NCBI GenBank assembly: GCA_938011315.1
Contig: CALLUG010000009.1
Location: forward strand, 6,130 to 70,129
DNA length: 64,000 nucleotides
Direction: 5' to 3'
Source of the DNA: an uncultured Flavobacteriaceae bacterium
Lineage (GTDB): Bacteria > Bacteroidota > Bacteroidia > Flavobacteriales > Flavobacteriaceae
Below, piece after piece: positions 19,402 to 26,827 of this stretch (positions within the stretch are counted from its first letter, which is position 1; the number at the start of each line of letters is the position of its first letter). The notes beneath the pieces are model-generated. The model ran no database searches, was not told where the DNA came from, and was given only the letters and a program-made list of their open reading frames with translations. The position numbers and the translations under genes are program-made.

Positions 19402-20244
19402 ATGCAATTAGCAAGTCGTTTTATTAACTTTTATATAAATAGTAGTGTACATGTTGCTCTAGCGGTTTGTAGCTTGGTTTGTATTACATTTATTGAATGT
19501 AATATAAACATAAATTATCCTTTTTTGATTTTTGTTTTTTTTGCTACAATTACAGGGTATAGTTTTGTGAAGTATTTTGAATTGGTAAAACGAAATTATA
19601 CAGATTTAACAAACGAGCTTAAAAGCATACTACTATTTTCTGCATTGAGTTTTATTGTTTTAATTTCCTTTTCGCTTTTCTTGACATATAGAGCTTTAAT
19701 AAGTTTTGTTGCAATGGCAATGATTACTATTTTTTATACGACACCTTTTTTATCTAAACCATTTTTTTTTAGTAATATCAAGACTTTAAGGACTATTAAA
19801 GGGATTAAAATTTATGTTATTGCATTTGTTTGGACTGTAGTTACGGTAATTATTCCATTGATAAATGAGAAGTATGCAATGGTTCAAGATGTTATCTTAA
19901 TTGTTTTGCAACGTTACTTGTTTGTTTTGGTAATTACACTGCCTTTTGAAATTAGGGATATGAATTTTGATGATATTAGCTTGTCTACAATCCCTCAAAA
20001 ACTAGGACTGAGATTAACTAAATGCTTGGGTATTATACTACTGATAATAATAGTATTGATGAATTTTTTTAAAACACTAACGTTTCCCTGCCAGAGGTAT
20101 TCCTTAGCGTTAATAATAACAGTTGTAAGTGCTTTACTAGTATATAGTAAAAAAGTACAATCCAAATATTATAGTAGTTTTTTCGTAGAAAGTGTTCCTA
20201 TACTATGGTTAATTTTGATTTTGCTTTGCGATTTCTTTAGCTAA
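19402..20244 (+). CDS. polytopic inner-membrane protein, weakly UbiA-prenyltransferase-like
   Basis: 280 aa, almost entirely hydrophobic segments. It has a single Asp-rich motif, LPFEIRDMNFDD. I saw no first NxxxDxxxD motif. Confidence 0.4.
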   Translation: MQLASRFINFYINSSVHVALAVCSLVCITFIECNININYPFLIFVFFATITGYSFVKYFELVKRNYTDLTNELKSILLFSALSFIVLISFSLFLTYRALISFVAMAMITIFYTTPFLSKPFFFSNIKTLRTIKGIKIYVIAFVWTVVTVIIPLINEKYAMVQDVILIVLQRYLFVLVITLPFEIRDMNFDDISLSTIPQKLGLRLTKCLGIILLIIIVLMNFFKTLTFPCQRYSLALIITVVSALLVYSKKVQSKYYSSFFVESVPILWLILILLCDFFS

Positions 20245-20469
20245 TCGCTCTTTTAAGCTTTGCTTACTATTAGCAGGCATAGATTGTACCTCAGGTTTAT
20301 TTGTTAACTTTGTTAATCTAGTATTTTTTTTAGTATACGACCTACAAGCTTTACAATATATTAAATGAAAAGATAATTTTATCTTTTCCCAAAGAGAAGC
20401 TTCGTTATACTGATTTTTATCACAAATGTGATTTGCGTTACTGCATTCTAGTCGTAGTTTTTTATCCAT
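20209..20469 (-). CDS. small soluble zinc-binding anti-sigma factor (ZAS-type, HxxxCxxC)
   Basis: The ATG at 20469 lies 1 nt after the sigma-factor stop. 86 aa, with no hydrophobic segment. It carries H35-x3-C39-x2-C42 (HLIYCKAC) plus upstream C9 and C16. Confidence 0.5.
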   Translation of the reverse strand: MDKKLRLECSNANHICDKNQYNEASLWEKIKLSFHLIYCKACRSYTKKNTRLTKLTNKPEVQSMPANSKQSLKERLAKEIAKQNQN

Positions 20470-20470
20470 A

Positions 20471-21022
20471 TTAAAACCAATTTTTTTCCATACAAGCCGC
20501 AATTGCTGTTCTTGCTCTGTGTATGATAACCCATAGATTAGACGGAGTAATATTTAAGTCATTACAAATTGCTTCTGTATCATAACCTTCTAAAGTTTTC
20601 ATTTTGAAAACTTGTGCTTGCTTTGACGATAGTTTATTTATACAGCTATGTATAGCTAACCCTAGCTCTTTGTTCTCGATACTACCTTCTGCGGTTTTAG
20701 TGTAAGAGTCTGCTACACGCTGCTCTAGCCAGTCACCATTATTATTTTCATCATTATTAAAATTTACTCTAACTTCTGCTTGTCCTTTTTTAGAGTTCAG
20801 TTTTCGATAATGATCTATAATTTTTCTTTTTAAAATAGAGATTAACCAAGTACGCTCGCTCGCTTCTCCTTTAAAATTTTTCATGGATTTTAATCCTGCA
20901 AAAAAAGTTTCTTGAACTAAATCTTGTGCAGTTTCTGAATCTTTTACCCTTGTAATAGTATAGTTAAATAGATAGTTTGAATATAGGTCAATCCATTTGT
21001 TGGGGTCTACAGTATGTTGCAT
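20471..21022 (-). CDS. ECF-type RNA polymerase sigma-70 family factor
   Basis: Region 2 (DLVQETFFAGL, ERTWLISILKRKIIDHYRK) and region 4 HTH (EAICNDLNITPSNLWVIIHRAR). Confidence 0.85.
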   Translation of the reverse strand: MQHTVDPNKWIDLYSNYLFNYTITRVKDSETAQDLVQETFFAGLKSMKNFKGEASERTWLISILKRKIIDHYRKLNSKKGQAEVRVNFNNDENNNGDWLEQRVADSYTKTAEGSIENKELGLAIHSCINKLSSKQAQVFKMKTLEGYDTEAICNDLNITPSNLWVIIHRARTAIAACMEKNWF

Positions 21023-21067
21023 TATACAAATTTGAGGTTTTAGTTAACAAAAATAGCATAAAAACAT

Positions 21068-21098
21068 TATAATTTTATAATTATTTTATAAAATTATA
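21068..21098. repeat. perfect 13-bp inverted repeat, A/T only (tataattttataa-ttatt-ttataaaattata)
   Basis: Read directly. Arms are 21068-21080 and 21086-21098 with a 5-nt spacer. It lies between the tolC-like stop (21204) and the sigma-factor start (21022). Confidence 0.6.
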
Positions 21099-21203
21099 GT
21101 GATAACACCTAGTGATTAATGTATTTAATCTAAATATATTGAGGTTTGACTAAAATTAGTGTTGTGCTATCGGTTTATTTTATGCCTATATGAATTAAAT
21201 GTG

Positions 21204-22625
21204 CTATATCATCATTCCTAATGCATTATATAATTTGGCAATTGCTTTATAATGTTTAGTGATTAATTTGTTTTGCTTTAATTCTGTATCTATAAGTTTT
21301 TGCTCTCTGGAGTTAATTAAAAACAGTGAACTTTCTCCAAGAAAAAACTTACGTTCTTCCCCGACGACTAAACTTTTGTAATCTGTAATAATAGTATTAA
21401 TCATTTGATTTTGGTGTGATAAGGAGCTTATTTCGGCGTTTATTTCTATTATTTTATTTTTTATGTTAAGCGTTGTTGCGGCACGTTCATAATTAGTGTT
21501 TTTTAGTTTTTGTTTGGCTAATTTTAGATCGCCGCGTTCCTTTCTTGTAAAAATTGAATAGCTTATTTTTAGACCAGCTTTATACTCTTGAGTGTTGTAG
21601 TTATTTATGTTGTTAAAATCTGCTCCAGAGCTAATAAAATTATATTCTAAATCAATTTTTGGTAATAGTTTATTTCGTTTTAAAGATTTGTCTACGGTTA
21701 AACTAGAAATTTTAGCGTCTATGCTTTGCAACTTAGGGTGGTTTTGTACTAAAGATTCCAAGTTTGTAGACTCTGTAATTTGCAGAATGTTTTTTAAGAT
21801 AGCTATATTTAGTTGTAGGGGTTTAACCTTGTCTTGTACCTCAATAGGAACAGTATTTAACCATAAATAATTGCTAATATTTAGTATTGTTTTTTTTGTT
21901 TGTAGTTTGGCGTTTTCTAGATTTAATGCTCTATTTTGCATTATTATTCTTGCTTCGATAATATCTATTTCAGGCTTTTCGCCTAATGCTACACTCCGGG
22001 TTACAGATTCGAGACGTGTTTGTGCATTTTGTAAAAAGCTAGCGTAAATACGCTCATCATTACTTGCCTTTAACCACTCAAGATAAGCCTTACTGGCTTC
22101 AAATATTAAATTGTTAATTAGTAAATCTCTATCTGCTTTGGTTTGTTCTTTAAAAAACTTTGCTTTTTTAAGTGTTGCCATACGGTCGTTAATTAAAAAC
22201 CCTTTTGCTAAAGATAAAGTCACACCAACGCTATACAATCCTTCATCGGGAACATCTAGTCTTGGATTTAAAAATTCTCCTGAGTTTTGTTCAAAATTTG
22301 CTTTAAACTCTATGCCATACCAAGTGGGTATCTTAAACGTTGTACTTAATTCGTCATAGTATTCAATGCCTTTAAATTGTTTTCCGCTATAATCTAATTC
22401 AATTTTTGGATCAAACCCCCCTCTTGCTTTTAGCAAATTAGCCTCACCTGTTGTTAGGGTTAATTCTGCTTGTTTTACTAGGGGATGATGCCGTTTTACA
22501 TAGCCTAAAAATTCCTCAAAGGACAAAGTTTGTTCCTTTGGTATTATTGCATTTTGCGATGATAAGAAAAAAGGTAGTATGAACGTACCTATCACAATAA
22601 TATATTTAAAAATTAAAGTCATCAT
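21204..22625 (-). CDS. TolC-family outer-membrane efflux protein
   Basis: 473 aa with a hydrophobic N-terminus and two-repeat OEP-type coiled-coil/beta pattern. It shares a 4-nt ATGA-type overlap with the upstream HlyD gene. Confidence 0.8.
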   Translation of the reverse strand: MMTLIFKYIIVIGTFILPFFLSSQNAIIPKEQTLSFEEFLGYVKRHHPLVKQAELTLTTGEANLLKARGGFDPKIELDYSGKQFKGIEYYDELSTTFKIPTWYGIEFKANFEQNSGEFLNPRLDVPDEGLYSVGVTLSLAKGFLINDRMATLKKAKFFKEQTKADRDLLINNLIFEASKAYLEWLKASNDERIYASFLQNAQTRLESVTRSVALGEKPEIDIIEARIIMQNRALNLENAKLQTKKTILNISNYLWLNTVPIEVQDKVKPLQLNIAILKNILQITESTNLESLVQNHPKLQSIDAKISSLTVDKSLKRNKLLPKIDLEYNFISSGADFNNINNYNTQEYKAGLKISYSIFTRKERGDLKLAKQKLKNTNYERAATTLNIKNKIIEINAEISSLSHQNQMINTIITDYKSLVVGEERKFFLGESSLFLINSREQKLIDTELKQNKLITKHYKAIAKLYNALGMMI

Positions 22626-23968
22626 TTTTTAGTTTTAGAATGTTGTTCTGAGGAGTAATAATTAGGGGGAAAACCATTTAGTTGCCTCCAGACTTCGTAC
22701 CATATTGGTACATTGTTTAGTAGCGAAATCGTGTAGGCTCCAGAGCCTACACGAACGTTTTTAGGCCATTGGGCTTCGCTGTGGTTTGGAGCAACAAGGA
22801 TTCTGAATTTTCCATTTTCGCTTATAAACGTTTCTATTGCAACAATTTTCCCTGCATAAGTTCCAAAAGATGCGTTTGGCCATCCACTAAAAAATATTGC
22901 AGGCCACCCATCAAATTGTATACGTACATTTTCTCCTAAGTGAATTAAGGGTAGGTCAATAGGATTTACGTAGGTTTCGACGGCTAAGTCGTAATTCGCT
23001 GGCATAATACCAACTAATTTTTCGCCCTCTTTAAAGGTTTCGCCTATACCACCTTTTATAGCTTTATTAATATATCCATTTTGTGGAGCAGTAATATAGT
23101 AAAGTGAATTTCTAATTTCGTAATTGGCAGATTTGTTATTTAGTTTTGAAACTTGAACTTCGGCTTCAAATTTGTTAGACTCTGCAGTAAAAGAATCGCT
23201 TCTAGACTTCTCAATTTTTTCGGCATACTCTGCCGAAATTCTATTAATTTCTAAATTGGCATTAAGCATCCTGTTTTTACTTGCTAATAACTTGTTTTCT
23301 TGCGATATGAGCTTGGCTTGATTGTCCTGAAATTTTAATCGTTTTTGTTCTACATCTTTTAGAGCTTGTAGGCCTTCATTTTGAAGTGTTTGGGCTCTGT
23401 CTAGTTGTTGCTTAGCAATGCTTAAATTTACTTTTGCTGCTACAAAATCGATACTGTCACTTTGTATTTTTAATTGTGATTGCTTGAGCTTATTTTTGGC
23501 TTGAGAGAGTTTTAAGTCACGTTCATTTTGCAGTGCTATAATTTGATTTTTTAGGCTAGTAATTTTGTTGTTATAAGAAATTACAGAACGACTTTTGGCA
23601 TCTCTTTGCTCTTTGGTACGTTTTATTAGCTGTGGGTCTTGATATTCTGTTTTAATTTCTGAAACAAATAAAATAGTATCCCCCTTACTAACGTAGTCTC
23701 CTTCTTTTACAAACCATTTTTCTATGCGTCCAGGAATTTGCGACTGTATGGTTTGAGGTCTTTGGTCTGGGGTTAAAGTAGTAACATACCCGTTGCCACT
23801 TACGTTTTGTGTCCAAGGTAAAAACAAAATGATTACGCCTATAATAGAGAACACAATAAGAAACCGATTAAACATTTTATAGTGTGTGGTTTTAAATGCT
23901 TTGTTGTAGGCTCTATAGTCTATTAAGGTTACTTTTTTATTAAGATTGTTGTTAGAAATATTAAGCAT
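22622..23968 (-). CDS. HlyD-family membrane fusion protein
   Basis: One N-terminal TM segment (FLIVFSIIGVIILFL), a lipoyl-like motif (VKEGDYVSKGDTILF), a long Q/K/L-rich coiled coil and a beta-barrel C-terminus. Confidence 0.85.
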   Translation of the reverse strand: MLNISNNNLNKKVTLIDYRAYNKAFKTTHYKMFNRFLIVFSIIGVIILFLPWTQNVSGNGYVTTLTPDQRPQTIQSQIPGRIEKWFVKEGDYVSKGDTILFVSEIKTEYQDPQLIKRTKEQRDAKSRSVISYNNKITSLKNQIIALQNERDLKLSQAKNKLKQSQLKIQSDSIDFVAAKVNLSIAKQQLDRAQTLQNEGLQALKDVEQKRLKFQDNQAKLISQENKLLASKNRMLNANLEINRISAEYAEKIEKSRSDSFTAESNKFEAEVQVSKLNNKSANYEIRNSLYYITAPQNGYINKAIKGGIGETFKEGEKLVGIMPANYDLAVETYVNPIDLPLIHLGENVRIQFDGWPAIFFSGWPNASFGTYAGKIVAIETFISENGKFRILVAPNHSEAQWPKNVRVGSGAYTISLLNNVPIWYEVWRQLNGFPPNYYSSEQHSKTKK

Positions 23969-25631
23969 CGATAATTGTATTTAAGGTTCCATTTACTAAT
24001 TGTAGTTTTTTTGAGCAGTATGTGTCCCATAAGCTAGTACGTGTAGAGACCACAAGTGTCCAAGGTTGATTGCTATCGGTTAGGTAATTAATAATACGTT
24101 TGGCCTCACTTGTTTCAAAATGCTCTAAAGGGTTTTTTAGCAGCAATAGTTTGGGTTCATTAATAATAGCTCTTGCTAGTACAATGCGCTTAGCTATAGT
24201 GTAAGAAATTTGTTGTCCTTCCGGATATAACATGGTGTCTAATCCTTTTGTTTGTTCTTTCACAAAATTTACTAAGCCTATGTGTTTTAGCACATCGTTA
24301 ATACGATTTGTAGAAATATTAGGGTCTCCAAGTGTTATATTTTCTTTAATACTTCCTTCAAAAGGGTGTTGTTCTGGTAAGACTTGTCCAACATTGCCTC
24401 GATATGCATTTAAGGATATGCCTTTAATCGTATTGTCGTTTATATATAGAGTACCACTTGTAGGCGTAATTAAACCAGATAATAGTTTTAATAGTGTTGT
24501 TTTGCCTGATCCAGAATTACCATTTAATAAAATGCGATCCTTTTGATTTATGTTTAGATTAATAGTGTTTAATATGTGTTTACCATTGGGTGCTGTATAG
24601 CTAACATTATCCATCTCTATGGTTAAGCTCTGCTTGTTTTCAAAAGGGTTAATTCCATTTTGTATTTCAAGTTCTTTATCTACGACTTGACCAATTTTTT
24701 CGAGAGATGTTAAAACATCGTAAAAGGTTTCTAGCCCTTTAATTAACTTCTCAACAGAGGTAATGATTAGTAAGATAATTATTTCTGCAGCAACAAATTG
24801 ACCAATATTCATTTGTTGATTTAGAACCAAAAGACCACCAATGACTAAGAGGCCTCCGGTAACTAATATTTTAAACCCAATCATTTGGATAAATTGTAGT
24901 AAAAGTATTTTAAAATGGCTTTCTCTTGCATCTAGATAACCGGAAGTATATTTGTCATTGCCTTGCATTGCCAAATGTGTTTTTCCAGAAAGTTTAAAAC
25001 TTATAAGCGATCTTGCTATTTCTTGTATCCAATGAGCAACTTTGTATTTGTTTTTAGACTCTAGTAAGCTTGTTTCTAACCCTTTTTTTGCTGTAAAGTT
25101 AAATACAATATAGATGAGAAAAATTAATAGCAATCCATATAAAATAAAGAACGGGTGGTAAAAAGAAAGTAGCATTACTCCAAAAATTATTTGTAGTGCA
25201 GCGGCAGGAAAATCTATTAAGATTTTTGATAATCCTTTTTGAACGGTCAAGGTATCAAAAAACCGATTGGCTAACTCTGGAGGATAATAATCACTAAGTT
25301 CTTCCATTTTTATTTTTGGAAATCGATAGGCAAATTCAAAAGAAGATCGTGTAAATATTTTTTGTTGAATGTTTTCTAGAATACGTATTTGCATAAGCTG
25401 TAAGGCTCCTTGAAACCCTACTCCTAGGGTTACTAAAGCAACTAATACTATCCAAGACGACGAAATTTGTGCTCCTTGAATTAAATTAATTATAGCTTGA
25501 ATACCTAAAGGTAAAGACAGTGCTACTAAACCAGCAAATATTGCGTAGTAAAAAATGTGTTTTAGGGCTCTTTTTTCTAGCTGTAAGAGCCCTACAAAAC
25601 GTTGCCAAGGTGACATTGTGTATTGTTTCAT
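23961..25631 (-). CDS. ABC exporter (TMD-NBD half transporter) with a degenerate nucleotide-binding domain
   Basis: 556 aa with a six-helix exporter TMD. Walker A GNSGSGKT is intact. The signature, Walker B and H-loop positions read ISYTI, LLLLKN and STR. It overlaps the HlyD gene by 8 nt. Confidence 0.8.
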   Translation of the reverse strand: MKQYTMSPWQRFVGLLQLEKRALKHIFYYAIFAGLVALSLPLGIQAIINLIQGAQISSSWIVLVALVTLGVGFQGALQLMQIRILENIQQKIFTRSSFEFAYRFPKIKMEELSDYYPPELANRFFDTLTVQKGLSKILIDFPAAALQIIFGVMLLSFYHPFFILYGLLLIFLIYIVFNFTAKKGLETSLLESKNKYKVAHWIQEIARSLISFKLSGKTHLAMQGNDKYTSGYLDARESHFKILLLQFIQMIGFKILVTGGLLVIGGLLVLNQQMNIGQFVAAEIIILLIITSVEKLIKGLETFYDVLTSLEKIGQVVDKELEIQNGINPFENKQSLTIEMDNVSYTAPNGKHILNTINLNINQKDRILLNGNSGSGKTTLLKLLSGLITPTSGTLYINDNTIKGISLNAYRGNVGQVLPEQHPFEGSIKENITLGDPNISTNRINDVLKHIGLVNFVKEQTKGLDTMLYPEGQQISYTIAKRIVLARAIINEPKLLLLKNPLEHFETSEAKRIINYLTDSNQPWTLVVSTRTSLWDTYCSKKLQLVNGTLNTIIDA

Positions 25632-25738
25632 TAGTGTTAAAATTAGGGTGTAAAATTCTAGGGTTTTAATTTTTTAAAACCAATTGTAATAATAAGGTAC
25701 ATGTGTTAACTCACACAAAAGTAGATGATTGTGCTTGC

Positions 25739-26074
25739 TTAAGCGATGCTTTCTGGTGGTGGGATTACAATGTCTAAATGTAGAGAACTTACAAAACGTA
25801 TATTGTAATTGCAACAACTTGTTTTGTAGCTAGTTTGCAAAAATGTAGCGCTTATGGTAGGTAAGGTTTTAAGTTCTTTTTCTGAAATTTCTGTATTTTC
25901 TTGTTGCTCTTCACTATCAGTACTTTCTTCAATATCTAAATCTACAAAATCTATACTCGACTTGTTAATAGAATCTAATGTTTTCGCTGTAGGGTTAACA
26001 AGCAAAATACTAAGCATTAGCAAGCCCATAAGTAGTTTTATAACCATTTTAATATGTATTTTCAAACTGCTCAT
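25739..26074 (-). CDS. small hypothetical exported or anchored acidic protein
   Basis: 111 aa. The N-terminus has a basic region then a hydrophobic stretch (KIHIKMVIKLLMGLLMLSILLV), followed by an acidic block (DLDIEESTDSEEQQENTEISEKE) and a CC pair. Its ATG overlaps the TetR stop (ATGA). Confidence 0.45.
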   Translation of the reverse strand: MSSLKIHIKMVIKLLMGLLMLSILLVNPTAKTLDSINKSSIDFVDLDIEESTDSEEQQENTEISEKELKTLPTISATFLQTSYKTSCCNYNIRFVSSLHLDIVIPPPESIA

Positions 26075-26742
26075 TGTTGTATAGCTCTAAATACTAAATC
26101 TTTATAAAATATAGAAATGTTATTTTTTCCCTCTTCTATATCAGTAAGAGCAGGTAGGTATTCTGAAAAATAACGTTGATGGTGTGCACCTTCAATAACT
26201 GTAGAGATTAGCATGTGTGGAAACTTGTAGTTTGGGTTTAGCTCCAATATAAGGTCGCTAACTCTTTGCACCACACGTTTGTACACGGTGTAATAGCCTT
26301 TATCATTTTCGTTAGTTACATCTTTTGTGTGATAGGATTTTGAGGCTTCAGTAATAATTATTTTGTGCAACAACACTTCATTTACAAAAGAAAATGCTGT
26401 ATCTTCAGTTACTTTTTGGGTTAGTAAATCTATAGCTGAAGTAAGCTTTGTTGTGGAGCAACTTACATTTGTAATTGCAAATAGTAATCGATAGTCTACC
26501 CAGCTCCAATACCAATTTATTAAATACATTAGTAAGGTGTGCTTGTTGCTAAAATAACGATATATTGAGCTTTCGTTAGATTTAATTTTTACACCAAGTT
26601 TTTTGAACGTGAATGCTTCAAAACCTAGCGCATTAATCATTTCTATACTTGTGCATACTATTTTTTTTCCTAATTCTGACGACTCAGGGTTTTTTGTATA
26701 GAGTTCACTGCTAATTACGATATGTATTTGTAGGTCTTTCAT
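26071..26742 (-). CDS. TetR/AcrR-family transcriptional regulator
   Basis: N-terminal HTH FTFKKLGVKIKSNESSIYRYFSNKHTLL. The ATG at 26742 (MKDLQ...) is preferred over 26781, which would add a hydrophobic MLIVLLLYLQSIT extension. Confidence 0.8.
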   Translation of the reverse strand: MKDLQIHIVISSELYTKNPESSELGKKIVCTSIEMINALGFEAFTFKKLGVKIKSNESSIYRYFSNKHTLLMYLINWYWSWVDYRLLFAITNVSCSTTKLTSAIDLLTQKVTEDTAFSFVNEVLLHKIIITEASKSYHTKDVTNENDKGYYTVYKRVVQRVSDLILELNPNYKFPHMLISTVIEGAHHQRYFSEYLPALTDIEEGKNNISIFYKDLVFRAIQQ

Positions 26743-26754
26743 TGTAATACTCTG

Positions 26755-26762
26755 CAAATATA
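26755..26762 (-). promoter_or_regulatory. candidate -7 promoter box (TATATTTG) for the TetR operon
   Basis: The reverse complement of caaatata matches TAnnTTTG, 12 nt upstream of ATG 26742. This implies a very short leader. Confidence 0.3.
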
Positions 26763-26790
26763 ATAGTAATACTATTAACATGTAGTAGTT

Positions 26791-26821
26791 TTAGTGTTAT
26801 TTAACATATAAATAACACTAA
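26791..26821. promoter_or_regulatory. perfect 12-bp inverted repeat (ttagtgttattt-aacatat-aaataacactaa), candidate TetR operator
   Basis: Read directly. Arms are 26791-26802 and 26810-26821. It lies 49-79 nt upstream of the TetR ATG. No T-run follows it in the minus-strand sense, so it is not an obvious terminator for the HAD gene. Confidence 0.45.
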
Positions 26822-26827
26822 AAAATG

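Noticed and set aside
26743-26781. N-terminal extensions suggested by the ORF track: TetR from 26781, purK from 31427, the YceI-like gene from 61742, the crotonase from TTG 7049, fahA from TTG 53417, glf from TTG 41675
   Set aside because: The extensions are hydrophobic or low-complexity, or they use TTG/GTG. An in-frame ATG just downstream gives the family-typical N-terminus. Shorter starts are reported, but this is not experimentally certain.
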